DNA of 64,000 nt from Eledone cirrhosa. Its lineage: Eukaryota. The notes under the pieces were generated by a model. It made no database searches. It was not told the origin of the DNA and was given only the letters and a program-made list of their open reading frames with translations. The stretch covers positions 277,760,001-277,824,000 of the forward strand of contig OZ024740.1 of assembly GCA_964016885.1 (NCBI GenBank), read 5' to 3'. Made by a program: the position numbers and the translations under genes. Shown here one piece after another: positions 41,410-54,795 of this stretch. Within the stretch, counting starts at the first letter, position 1, and the number at the start of each line of letters is the position of its first letter.

Positions 41410-41475
41410 TATTTTGTCTGAAGAAGGCATAACATATTGTTAATATGATATCCCTGAAATATATATAATGAAATA
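41410..41475 (+). ncRNA. Type I hammerhead ribozyme at the PLE 3' end (mirror copy 36690..36755 on minus)
   Basis: tattttgt-CTGAAGA-agg...cct-GAAA-tatata-TA-atgaaata. Confidence 0.7.
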
Positions 41476-41515
41476 GATATGGTTTTATAAATATAGTTTC
41501 CATTTATTTAATATC

Positions 41516-41583
<68 letters not shown>

Positions 41584-41586
<3 letters not shown>

Positions 41587-42067
41587 ACTGAGATTGGTGT
41601 TGCTGAACTGCTGCTGGGCTATTACTTGCTGGGCAAGAGCTTGCTTCTGGACTTGGAGGACCTGCTGATGTTGCTGCTGCTGCACAAGTGGTTGTTGGTG
41701 CTGCTGAGGAGATAATCCAGGATGTTGTTGAGCTAAAACTTGCTGAGCAGCAAATACTTGCTGCTGCTTCTGTTGCTGAACCAAAGCTTGTTGTTGTAAC
41801 AGACTTTGGTGATGCTGTCGGGTTAAGGGATGACATTGCTGCTGCACAATTACCTGCTGCTGTTGCACTTAAGCCTGTTGTTGTTGAGGACTTAGAGAAA
41901 TTTGTTGTTGTTACAGCTTGTTGTTGTGCCATTGCCTCTTGCTGCTGAGCCATAGCTTGTTGTGCCAATGCAGCCTGTTGAGAAATAACTTGGTGCTGAT
42001 TTAAAGTGTTTTCTAATCTCAACTTAACATGGAATTGTAAGATAGCATGGTGATTTTTTTTATTCAT
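41584..42067 (-). pseudogene. Glutamine-rich ORF with a frameshift and a stop, function unknown
   Basis: ATG at 42067 gives MNKKNHHA...QQAALAQQAMAQQQ. The Q-rich reading continues in a second frame (41584..41868) and is cut by (TA)n. Confidence 0.45.
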
Positions 42068-42352
42068 TTCTCACTATCTAATTTTATATTTTTTTAAATT
42101 TCTTTTATTGTCTCCGACTCTCATTCAGTTTACCTATTCTATAACCTCCCTCTTCCACTTCATACACTATCCTTAGAATCTGCTGTATACATATCACTTT
42201 TAACGCTTGACCGCTCCACTCACTCCCCTATTGTTCTACAGGCAAGTTCAGCGACCCCTACCTTCCACCAAATGCCATCATAGACTTATTTGTGTTTACA
42301 ACAAATTTTAACCAATCCTCTTGACAACTACAATCCTCTCATGTAAGGAAGT

Positions 42353-42451
42353 ACCCCCTTGACAAGTTCGGCTATTTATTCACCAGGCTAAAAAAATTCT
42401 AATTTAGTCCAGAAATAGCCGTCGAAACGGCTTGAGCTCTGCCGTCGGGGT
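42353..42451 (+). ncRNA. Type I hammerhead ribozyme, U3-A8 core variant with a full stem III
   Basis: cccc-TTGACAA-gttcggctattt...aaatagccgtc-GAAA-cggc ttgagctct gccg-TC-gggg. Confidence 0.85.
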
Positions 42452-42478
42452 CATACTTTTTCCCTATATATATATATA

Positions 42479-45400
42479 TCTATATATATATTGTTTTGAT
42501 ACGCGCTTTGCTGCTACCACCATTGTTATGACTGCCTCATACTACTCCCATAAAGTTTATAATATCCCGTCTCTCATTTATTTCAAAGATTTCTTTTCTC
42601 CGTGTCAGCTATATATATTTATATTTATGTTTTTGTTTTGACATATATATACTTCTAAGATGTCACCGTAGAGATAACATATATTTATACATACTGGACA
42701 GAAAGTGAATATGGGGCGCAGAAAACATTTCTCATCTAAATCCCAGCGCATGGCAGCAGAAGCACAACGACAAAGAGATAGAAGAGAGCAAATCAATCAA
42801 ACAATAATCGCTCTGCAACATCCCAACAAATTTCTGCAAGTGTAATTCAGTTAACACACCAACAACAACTTGCAACAAATACACTAAGCGTTCAGAGAAG
42901 AAGGAACAGGTCAAAGAATCCTACAGATGAACCTTTCCAAGAGCAAACTGTTCTTTCCATAATGCCACAACATAACGCAGGGAGTCTCTTTGCCTTTGTT
43001 TGTCCACACTGCAAAGCTTATCGCTGGCCACATGAACTCAAATCTCTGTGCTGCTTCCAGAGAAAAGCGAAAATCCCTCAACTTCCTCCTCCACCAAATA
43101 TACTAAAATATTTCGATATCACTCAAGCAGGAAATTCTTTTCTCCATAAGATACGTGCATATAACAATGTGCTTGTCTTAGCTTCAATTGGTTGCAAAGA
43201 GATTAAAGCACCAAGATTTAGTCCCACATTTAAGATCCAAGGTAAGATGTGTCATATTATTGGATCAGTACTTCCAAGTGATGCTTCATCCAAGTTTGCG
43301 CAGTTCATGAGCTTCAGAATCGCTTGCATCATGCTAATTTAGATGCTGCTGTTCTGCAGGACCTGCAAGAAGATTTGCACTACTGCAACACCTATATAAG
43401 AAGCTTACAGTCAGTCATTGAAATGCCAATCTCTGAAAATGTGAATATTGTCCTACATGCTGAAAAATTAAAACCCACTGATTTTCATTGTCGCACATTT
43501 AATCTTCCCATGGCATCTCAGATTGCTGTTATTCAACATGATACAGCATTAGGTATTTTGGTGTCATCATTCAGAAAAAAAGATGGTGGTCTTCAGAGGA
43601 TTCATCAGTTGCACCGCTCTTATGATCCTCTGCATTATGTGCTACTGTTTCCTTAGGGGAATGATGGGTTTCAGTTTGGTTTGAAAAGGATTGACAACAA
43701 CCACACACTTACACCCACTCTTTTCTACTGTTATCTGTTTCGGGTTAGGCAAGGTGACTGTAACATTATCATGAAGAGCATGCGGATGATGCAGCAATAT
43801 GTTGTAGATGCCCAGGCAAAAATAGAACAGTGTCGCCTCAAATGGGGACCCGCAACAATCAGCTGAAACGTATGAGGGTTTGTATGATGCTGTGGTTGAA
43901 GGAGATTCAGTAAATGCAGGCCGGAAAATTGTTCTTCCTCGTTCAATCTATGGTTACTCTCGCTTCTACAATGAGTACTTTCAGAATTCAATGCCTGTGG
44001 TTTGACACATGGGAAAGCCATCTTATTTCATCACAGTAACAACTAACCCTAACTGGGGTGAAATAAAAAATAGTTTGCACCTAGAGACCGTCTTGATATT
44101 TGTGCAAGAGTCTTCTAGATCATATGACAGACTCCTGGATGACATACTGAAAAGATATGTCCTAGGAAAAATTGTGGTTCATACAATTGAGTGGCAGTAA
44201 TGAGGCCTCACTCATGCTCATATTCTGCTGATACTGGCTGAAGATAGCAAGCTCAAAACTGGTGATGCCATTGATCAAGTGGTCTACTGTGAGATTCCTG
44301 ATAACGAGACCAATCCAATTCTGCGTTAGATCATCACTTCCTGCAACATTCATGGCCCATGCGGACAAGCTAATATGATATGCTCATGTATGGAAAGGCT
44401 AGGACATCAACGCCATTGCTCAAAAAGTTATCCCAAGGCATTCAGACAAACCACATTTGTTGCCGAAAATTCCTTTCCGGAGAATAGAAGAAGGGATAGA
44501 CAGCATGGTGGTCACACCCATACAATCCAACTTAAAGTCAAGAATTTACTGTTGATAGTCGTTGGATACAACCCCTACCCCTACCTATCATTGAGATATC
44601 AGTGCCACATCAACTGTGAGGTTGTCCATAGTGTCAAGTCTGTTAAGTACTTATATAAGTACATCACGAAAGGATCAGACAAGATCACTTTCACTATTAA
44701 GTATGATCAAGGAAAATGTGTCCATGCCCAAAATGAGATTGAGACCTATATCAATGTACGGTACATCTCAGCCAGTGAAGCATTCTGGAGAATCTCTAAA
44801 TTTCCATCGGAAATCGCCAGTTGAAAAGTTGCCTTGCCATTTACCTGGGGAACAAATGGTCGTGTATGAGCGAGAGCAGGAAGAAAGTGTTGTTTCTAGG
44901 AGACAGCCAACAACTAAGTTGACGGAATACGTTCAACTGAATATTAGAGACCCACTGGCACAAAACATTGTATATTGATATTCTTAAATATTTCACTTGG
45001 ACAAACAAAAATGGCAAAGAAGAAAAAAGGGACATCTGGATGGTGATCAACAATTTATCAGTGGATCTATTCGACGCATTCCAGTAGACATCAATCTGAA
45101 TTATATTACCTCAGAATGATCCTACATCACAAGTCTGGGTCAACTTCATACAAAGATTTGAGAACAATTGAAGGAGTTGAATTTCCAACATTCCAAGAAT
45201 ATTGCAGGAAACTTGGCCTGTTAGATAAAGATGGAGAAAAAGCAAAGCTATGGAAGCGGTCTCATCCATTACACTTGGTCCTCAGCTGCGAGAGATCTTC
45301 TGCACCATTTTATTGTAGTGCATGCCAAATGGCCCTCTGCAGTACTGGGAGAAATGGAAGAATTGTCTTGTAGAGGATACGTCATGAGCAAATAATGTCC

Positions 45401-47569
45401 ATGCAAATCGTGCAGATTGTTCTACAGAAGGTCCAACAAAGACTTCAACATGATGGCTTGGACTTTCATGCCAACTATGGACATCCTCGGCCAGACGCAA
45501 CTATTGTTGACATACCAGAAATCAACAGGGTTCTTATGGCAGAAACTGATTTCAATACACACCAACTGCAAGCAAACATAAATGAACTTCTGCCAACATT
45601 GAACCCTAAGCAACTGGTTATTTTTCACAAAGTAATCACCTCTGTAAATGAAAATGAAGGCAGAATTTTCTGCTTGAATGCAAGTGCGGGTACAGGAAAG
45701 GCTTATGTCATAAACATCCTATTGGATTACCTCCGATCTAAAAAATAAATTGTACTTGCCACTGCCATATCTGGAATAGCAGCCACTTTGCTTCACAAAG
45801 GTAGAACTCTTCATTCCAAGTGCAAGATTCCTCTCAATGTGACTGCTAAATCAACTTCCTTCTTCACAAAGAGGGATGACACACGTAAACTTCTGCAGCA
45901 AGCTGATCTGCTAATCGTTGATGAGATATGTATGGGGTATAAGCATATCTTTGAATGCCTTGACAAGAGCTTCAAAGATGTTCGAGATTGCAAAAAGCCA
46001 TTTGGTGGTCTAACAGTATTACTATCTGGTGACTGGAAGCAAATTCTTCCAGTTGTCCGTCATGGAGCTAGACCACAAATAGTTGAGGCAACCATCAAGA
46101 GATCCTATCACTGGGACTATGTGGAAACCATGGAGATGACAACCAATCAACGGTTAATTAATGCAGAGGATTCTGAGGAAAGACAGTTTGCAATCTACCT
46201 TCTTAATGTAGGAAATGGTTACATTCAAACTGTTCCAACTGTAGGTGCATTCACAATTCTTCTGCTAAATGAACTTTGTCTGGAATATGGTAATATGTCT
46301 GGACTGTGTGATTTTGTGTATACGAATCTTCCAGGAAACTACACAAACCCACTATGGCTTACAAATAGAGCCATTATCACTCCAACAAATGATGCAGCAA
46401 GATTGGTGAATGAGTTCATGGTCAACAAGTTTCCTGGTCATGAAATAATCTCCAGAAGCTCTGATATAGTAGATAATTGTTTCTACTTTAGGCACAAGGC
46501 CAGCAATTACCAGTGCATTACTGGTACTTTATTTTATCGACCCCGTAAGGATGAAAGGCAAAGTCAACCTCGGCGGGATTTGAACTCAGATGGTAAAGGG
46601 ACGTAACTATGCTGGAAAGCATGGCGTCCGACCCTCAATATCCAATTGAGTTCATCAACAAACTTACCCCATCAGGCTTCTCAACACACATACTTAAACT
46701 AAAGAAAGGCAGTTGCATCATGCTTCTGAGAAATCTGAATCCTCTAAACGGGCATTGCAATGGTACACGCTACATCATCATCAGTTTACATAATCATGTA
46801 ATTGAAGCTGAAGTGTCATTTGGTCCCAATGCTGGTTGCTAATCCCAAGGATACCACATGTATCTCAAGAGCTTGTGTTCCCTTTCATCTTTACTCGCAA
46901 GCAAGTTCCTGTCAAACCAGCCTTTGCCCTTACATGCAACAAGGCACAATGACAGACATTTGAAAAGATAGGTGTATATCTACCAACACAATTCTTCTCA
47001 CATAGTCAGATGTATGTTGCCTTATAACGAGTTACAAAAAAAGAAAATATAAAAATATCGAATGAAAGGGGTCTGTTTGCTGACAACTGTGCCTACAAAG
47101 AAATTCTACAGTGATGTGAAACAGCTATCACTCTCTTTTAGTTGAAATGCATTTCAGTTTCTTTTTAACTGCTAGAAAAGAGACACTACAAAAAACTTAA
47201 GAAATCTATATGTGAATACAGTAAAACAGCAATATAACGAAGGTCAATTCTTCATATTGGTAAATGTAATTCATTCATTCATATCAGCAGCATCTATTTT
47301 TAAATTCACTGCTTGAAGCTTCCCATCGACATTATCAAATGAAGATTCATGAACATTTTCCGTCAACAGTTCATCGCTTTTCCATCTCCATTATCGCCTT
47401 TATTTTAAATGTATCATGGATTACTTTACTGATTACAGAAGTAAGTGTAACACAGTCTTTGTTCAGTTTATGTGCATAATGACAAATTACGTATCATACC
47501 TTTGTGCATATATATTTGCACACTATATATGCCAGCGGAAAACCGCCCGATGGGTGGTTCTTCTGCTAG
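42479..47569 (+). mobile_element. Full-length decayed Helitron (Rep HUH plus Pif1 helicase)
   Basis: 5' A|TC start. FITVTTNPNW, IEWQ..GLTHAHIL, KYLYKYITKG, AGTGK, IVDE, GDWKQILPV, LLRNL..NGTR. 3' hairpin AACCGCCC-gat-GGGTGGTT then CTAG|T. Confidence 0.92.
46473..46636 (-). mobile_element. SINE inserted in the Helitron helicase
   Basis: Reverse complement of the SINE core. Confidence 0.9.
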
Positions 47570-47839
47570 TACCTATAATAATAGGTGCACTGGCAATGAT
47601 AGAAAAACACAGACAAATACATAGCCCAAACCCAAACATTTACAAATATACACAGCAAACACAAAATAGCACTACTAGGCACGGCGCACATATTATGAAA
47701 AGTACTATCAATACAACAGAAACAACCTCAGCAAAATCCACACTGCTCGTACCCAAGGCGCACAGAGTTGTGCTCGGTAAAACAGTAATGATGCGCAATA
47801 AAAATAACAATGGAAATAATAATTACTATTATTATAATG

Positions 47840-49680
47840 ATGGTGAAAATGAGGAATGGGAAGCTACAGCAGAGGACAAGGGGGAAGAGATTTCTAATAT
47901 CCCACAGAAATAGGGTAGAGATGGTCTGCCTGGTGCGAGAAATGTAGATGGTATGGAAGACAATGAAATTAATGAAAACATGACAGGTGAACAGAAGGCA
48001 ATGGACAACAGAATTACAGCAAGGCTACATCACGACAATAGGAATCTTATTTGCAACCCAAAGAAGGTTGACCAATGCAAGCTGAACCAAGAAATGTATA
48101 AGGTGAATGAAGTTCTGAAATAAATCAAAACAAATAACACCATAGAAAGAAATGACCTTATAAAGTCAGCAAACATTGTTGTAGCAGGAAATATGCGTGT
48201 AGATATCAATGCAAAGAAAAGCCACAAGGGAGACAAAAACAAAAGAACCATGGTAGAAAAGAAATATACAGGCCAGTATAGATGCTCTCTTGAAGGATAT
48301 TTCTGTCTTAGTCCGAAAAAGAGAATGGGGGGATTAGAAATTAAGAAAAATACAGAGCACTGGAAAGAAAGTATGGCATTGAAAGAAAATGTCATAAAGT
48401 AATAATGGAGGATCTCAAGCAATGTCTCATAGCAAAAGGCAAAGATAGTTAGATACGAACAAAGAATAAAGTAATATCACCAAAATATACTTTTCAGAGT
48501 AGACCAAAAGAGATTTTACCGAGAAATAAATGGGGAGTGTACAGATGAAATGATTATACCGGATAACATTGGAAGTCAACAGTTTTGAAGCGACATTTGG
48601 AGTAAAGAGAAGGAGAATAAGAAGGACGCTGAATGGTTAGAAGAACTTAAACAAACAATAGTTTTCCCACAAAAGGCAAATCTATTCATTTCGGCTTGGG
48701 CATGAAGAAAGCCAAGATGGGCAACTGGATGTCTCCGGGACTAGATGAAGTTCAAGGTTAGTGAATCAAAGGATTTAGTCAATACATGAACGAATAACAA
48801 CTTAACTCATTGGTAAATGCTGATCAAGTGATACTGGAGTGGGTGGCAAAGGGCAGGCCAGTTTTGTTCTTAAAAGATATCACTAAAGTGAATGCGTTAG
48901 ACTACAAAACGATAACATATCTACCATTTATGTGGAAATTATTGACTGGAATAATCGCAGAATCATTGTACGGGCATCCTGAAAAAAGTGGAGCTCTACC
49001 AGATGAGCAGAAAGGGTGCAAGCGTAAGTGCAGAAGTACAAAAGACTAGCATTTTGATAGATAAAACAATACTTAAGGATAGCAAGAGGAGGAAAATCAA
49101 CTTGAGTATGGAGTGGATCGATTACCGCAAAGCCTATGACATGATTCTACACTCTTGGATTATGGAATACGTTAACTTATTTGGTATTGCACCAAATGTT
49201 GAGCGATATTTAAGGAAAAGTTTGAAAGAGTGGAAGACTGAACTGACAGAATATGGAAGAGATTTAGGAACAATAGAAATCAAGAGAGGTATATTCCAAG
49301 AGGACAGTCACCACTGATGCTTATACTGTGAAGGATACCACTGACAATGAGTTTGAGAAAAGCTAATGATGGATATAAATTCAAAAATCACCAGCAAAAA
49401 GTCAACCACTTATAATTCATGGATGACTTCAAGCTTTATAGTAAGAATGAATCCCAGCTTGGTTCCCTCGTTTAGTGCTGACATCAGAATGGAGTTTGGT
49501 TTAAAAACGTGAGGTGTATTAATCTTGAACAGAGGCAAAATTAAAAGCATTGAGGAGTTGCTGCTGCCATCAGGAAAGGTTATGAAGCAAATAGAGGAGA
49601 CAGGTTATAAATACTTAGAGATATTGGAAGTAGATAAGATAACGCAGGAGTAAGGAAACATTTAGGGTGGAATACATGCC
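47840..49680 (+). mobile_element. R4/Dong-clade LINE, heavily decayed
   Basis: PDEQKGCKRK, WIDYRKAYDMI.HSW, KRGIFQED, FMDD, YKYL. Related to 16440..18920. Confidence 0.8.
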
Positions 49681-49699
49681 ACAAAGACCACATGCTTAG

Positions 49700-49860
49700 G
49701 ATTATAGAGTTACGGTCCTTTACGGTCTGATTTCAAATCCCACCGAGGTTAACTTTACCTTTCATCCTTACGGGGTCGATAAAATAAAGCACTAGTAATC
49801 GACTTTCCCCTCCCCCCAAATTACTGGCCTTGTGCTTATAGTAGAAATCATTATTTATAA
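49700..49860 (+). mobile_element. SINE copy
   Basis: B box and core as above. Confidence 0.85.
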
Positions 49861-50659
49861 TAGAAATCATTATTTATTAGCCAGAAGTCTTGCAAAGAGA
49901 ATAGAGTAACCATTATATATAGAGAGGTTACAATACTTTTGGGCTGGACGTTGAACAAAAGACAAATGACACGGGTAAAATATGAAATAAGAATAAAAGT
50001 AATTTAAAACTGTATTAAACACAACATATAATATAAGATCATAAAAGAAGCAGTTAAGGTTATCCAAACCGCCACATGAGTCACGTCAGTGCACTCCTCA
50101 TTTTTGCTCGCTCATTCGCCGTTCATTATACACTTACAGAACATCACGGAAATCCACGTAAGCATTTCCTTAGTGGGTTTATCAACAATCCCCACATCGT
50201 CTGGAGAAAACATAATATATACTATATTACTGTTGTTATTAGTGGTATGAGTCCATCATCCGGTAGCTCACAGTAGCAATCCTTTATTTCCAAGTCCATC
50301 TTCGTACTGCATGCATTCACCTTCTACAAATTATGAACATCGTTAAGCAACCGACTCTTGCTAGGTCTAGCGAACATGTATTTCAAGGAAACACATTGTT
50401 TAAACTCTTTTTAAAAAATGATTTCTAGTAGAGCTTTGTTGTTTATTTTATTTCTATTTATTTTATTTTCTACTCTTGTTACAACCGTCTACCGGCCTTC
50501 CTCAACTTCCATTTCTTCTCCATTATCACCAATGGATCGGGTGCTACTATTAGAAGAAAGAAATTCTGTTTCTTTCACCTCTGAGATAAAATGTGTTATA
50601 GTATTCCCTAATTGTGTAGGATTGGGAAGTTGTACTTCGGCATCGTTCGTTTCAGGAAC

Positions 50660-50713
50660 TACTACTCATACTACTACTACTACTACTACCACTATTACTA
50701 CTACTACTACTAC

Positions 50714-50749
<36 letters not shown>

Positions 50750-50760
50750 GGGTGGTGGTG

Positions 50761-50795
<35 letters not shown>
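50660..50795. repeat. (CTA)n/(TAG)n back-to-back trinucleotide repeat with a (GGT)n insert
   Basis: Direct reading; self-complementary. Confidence 0.9.
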
Positions 50796-51704
50796 CCCGA
50801 ATTTGTCTCAGGTTTAGCACATGCCACGGTAGCCCAGTGTGTGGATCGATGAGGTACACAGTATGACAAGTAAAAAGCACAAACAAAAGAGGGTGGATTT
50901 CAAACATGCACACCGAAAAAATATTACATTTGAACGTGTCATCAGATATCTCCACAGCGGGAAAAGTTTCCGATACTATATGGAGTGGTAATCTTAGGTA
51001 ATATTTAATACGCAATACTTTAAATAATATAACATTTTATAGGATGTTTGTACGTTTTTGCTACACAAACTCTGTGTTCCGTGTAGGTCTGTAGCTTCAC
51101 CTCACGAACTTCATATTTATTCCATTTTAGAGCCTTCTAGCCGTAACTTTGTTGTTCTATAACTTATAACTGTTTGCTATATTGAGATTATAATTTGTAA
51201 AAATCCTATCCATAAACTGCATTGTCATAATAAGAATATCAAATATTCGGATTTTGCCACGAAATTTGTATTTTACTAAGGTGGCCATGCACGGAGTATG
51301 TGATACATTTCGTAGGCTTTTGGTGGGTTGTGATTTTCTGTCAATTCGTGTACGCGCCTTCGATCATTTAGAGTAGCTAAGCTATTTGTTTGCGCTTTTC
51401 AAGCCTAAACCAATAGATTCTCAAGTCCCTGCGGGTATTTCGTTGTTTCTATGCATAACACTTAATTATATTGCCTTACTTTACACAGCTGTAAAGAATA
51501 TATATTGTTACTTCAACGAAATTCCTCTTGATCATTGATGGTGGCTCAGGCGCGTATACATTCATAACTTTAGGTTAAACACAAAACGCTACAAATCAAT
51601 TTATTTGTGAAATAATGAGCTTTTTTTAATTTGCAAATAATCTTGAAAGTATAGAGAAAAATAACATCCAAAAACATTACGTAAAACATGTTATATATTA
51701 ATAT

Positions 51705-51890
51705 AATTGTTTCTACGTTAGGCACAAGGCCAGCAATTACCCAGTGCATTGCTGGTACTTTATTTTATCGACCCCGTAAGGATGAAAGGCAAAGTCAACC
51801 TCGGCGGGATTTGAACTTGGAATGGCAAGGGCCGTAACTCTATACGTCAAAGCATGGCGTCCGACCCTCTACCAATACTGCTAATCCACG
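51705..51890 (-). mobile_element. SINE copy
   Basis: Reverse complement of the full SINE. Confidence 0.9.
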
Positions 51891-52432
51891 TTATTTAATT
51901 CAATTCAATTAAACGAAAATTTTAAAACTAAAATTATTCTTTTCATAAATTGATTAAATATTGATATCTTCTGCACAATGTTGCATTCAATTTAGAATCA
52001 AAACTATAACGCCATTGTGGATTCAACACTATGCCAGATATACTGTGATAACAATAATAAAATCTATCTGATAATTACGATATTAAAAAAGCAATGTTTA
52101 TGAGCTGATCATGAGTGTATTAACCTGGAAAACTTTCTGCTAGTGGAGTACGCTATTGTATAGTTATGCAGTACTTATTAAGCACTTTAAATCAAATTTT
52201 TAAACAAATGAAAATATAATCAGTTATTTGTTTTGTGTTGTTATATTCGTATAATTAAAGTAAATTATTTTCATAATATATCAACCTCATCTTAACACGT
52301 ATAAAAGTATCAATAAGAATATTGATAAAATTAGAAATTTCAGTAAGAGAGACATTGAAACATAAGTTAAGAAGGAATGAAAAAATAGTCATTTTAAACA
52401 AGAATTGTTATAATAAACTATAGGTAGAACTG

Positions 52433-52519
<87 letters not shown>

Positions 52520-52814
52520 TGTGTGTGTGTGTGTGCATATGTGTGTATGATTGTGTGTGTCACAGGTTTCCGTAGAATAGATAAAGACAAAAGAGTGCTC
52601 TATGTTATGTACAGAGCCAAATATTATTATTAATATGTTCTCCTTGCAGATGCTCGCTACCTGATGTTTCAAAGCATAAACTATCATAGGTCATGAATTC
52701 ATATGATTATCGTTCAAGTAAGAAATAAGATGACCGACGTCATTTTCTTCTTTTTTGTTTTCTTTTAAAGCAAGCGACAATAATTATTTATTTATAATAG
52801 TTTATAACTTTGCC

Positions 52815-54795
52815 TATTAATCCGTATGGTGAGCAAATGGAGTCACTCCTGCTGGCCTCCCCACAGCCCCGGCGGATAGAATGGAGAAGGCGTTTTCCCA
52901 GAGGATGGAAAGGGAGATGCGCTGGAAGAGCCATTCAAACTCGCGAGGCTCACAACTGCGGCTGGCCAGTTCAGCAACTATGGAGGTGAAAGTAGCCATA
53001 GGGCCAAGGACACCAGAAGTCTCCGTTGCCAAGGGCACGACCGTGAACCTGTCGGAGAGCGACCGGTACTTGGAGAGTTTGGCCTCCTCAGCCCAACGTG
53101 CAGAAGTACCTGGGTTAGTCACAGACTGCATCAGATTGCGGCTGGAGAAAGTGTCGCTGCAAGTGGCACCCCAGACGAAGCGTTTGGCAAGTGCCAATGT
53201 AGAAGGATGACAAGGCATGGAGCCAGACACCACTGTGGGGTTTGGAGGCCGTGCGAAAACAAGCAAGGCGGTGCTGGCCGAGCTGGCGCGTGAGCCTGTC
53301 TGTGGCCAGGCTGCACTCGATGGCTTCCCATACGCTTTGGGGGTGACTTGACGTCAGCAGGGGGAGAAGGAGGAGGGACGTCTACCGGACTAAGTCCCAG
53401 CCTGTCCCACGTCTCACAGGCGACCTCACGTTCCCTGAACTCGGAAGTTTCTATTGTGTTTTGGAGAACCCTGATGACGAGGATGCGGCATGAGGTTAGC
53501 GATGAAAGAAACGGCAGCAAAGTCAGCGAGATCGGGGACCGGAGGCCAAGGCTGCCAAATCTGAGAGGTAAAGTGGCTTGATGCCATCCAATGTCGTCAA
53601 ACAGGACGTTGCATATCTCCTCAGATTCCGCTCGGATACAAGTATCGACGTCAACGAGGAGAGATGCGTGGCTGTAGCACAGAGCGCTGCGAAGTGTGTA
53701 GAGGAGCTTTGGCATGGCGAAGCAGATCCTTAACAGGAAGAGAGCTGGATGGCCGTTGATCAAACCCAGTCGGCTCGTCAGAGTCTGGAATTGTTGGAGC
53801 CTAGATCTAATGTTGGAATGGATGGCTGGTGACTGGATCGGTGACACAAGGACGAGGACATCCTCTTTAGGGGTCACCTGTACCTGGTGGAGAATGGAGC
53901 GCACGTCCAAGACGAAGGCTGCAAGTTCTGAGCATCATAGCTGACATTCACCACCTCCGACTTGAACGAGTTGACCTGGAGGCCGATTCCGGCCAGGGCA
54001 GGAACCACCGATTGAAGGTCATGGCAGACAGTCTCTACGGGCCCGCCCAGCGTAGCATCATCCAGCTACCAAACGTTGAGAGGGCCCGTGATACTCCGGG
54101 CAATGTGGTCTATACCAAGGGCAAACAGGATGGGGCCTAGAGGGTCACTCTGTTGGACCCCAGTGGCCGAAGGTATGAGCCGAAAAAAAGAGGCCTCGTG
54201 CGTGAGGATCGAGGGTGCCATGGATAAGTCTATTGGTAAGTTCCACAATGACACTCAGAAGGCGGTGCGCGGCCTCAGCGGAGAGCGGGGGATAGCAACT
54301 CGGTGAGGTGGCCTGGTCGGAGACCATCAGCACCTCCGCTGCTGCTAGCTGGGAAAGACTTCATGGCAGACATGATGTCTGCGTCGGACGCCAGAAGGAG
54401 CAGGTGGGGATCAGGTGGGGATCGGGTCGGAGGTCAGCGGGTGACTCAGGGTGCTTGAGTTGCAGGGCAGCCAGGACCTCCTCGGTGGGTTGGAAGACAG
54501 TGTCCTTTGAGGCAACCACTCTGACTGCGGCCTTGACATTACCCATGATAAGTTTATCGTTTACGCGGTCACGGTTGCTTCAGGGGCGGAGGATTGGAGA
54601 CACCCAAGAGCAGGGGTTGTGGCGACCTTCGGCACGCTTGGAATGGCCGCTTGGAATGGACGAAACATTGGAGTCCAGAGCACTCTCGATCGAGGAAGGG
54701 AGGGCATCGGCTACCAGCACCCGGTCCGTTCTGGGGATCCTGAGCGGAATCTTCCGGAGCCGCCTGAACCGAGCAATGTTGACCAGCAAAGCTTA
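52815..54795 (-). mobile_element. CRE-like retrotransposon, second copy with several internal deletions
   Basis: Homologous to 4800..6700 (GVQQSDPLGP, HPALFLLR.CFAMP, VWGATCSDTF, VPLATETSGVLGP). Extends further 5' (LQLKHP). Confidence 0.85.

Larger units (their letters stand above)
36576..41518 (+). mobile_element. 5'-truncated Naiad-type PLE with a 2.3-kb inverted copy, inserted in (TA)n
   Basis: 36647..38909 is the reverse complement of 39241..41518 with few differences. (TA)n at 36546..36575 and 41517..41583. Confidence 0.9.

Noticed and set aside
38910-41518. Selenoprotein-type Naiad with a SECIS element
   Set aside because: No in-frame TGA in the visible ORF and no SECIS recognised.
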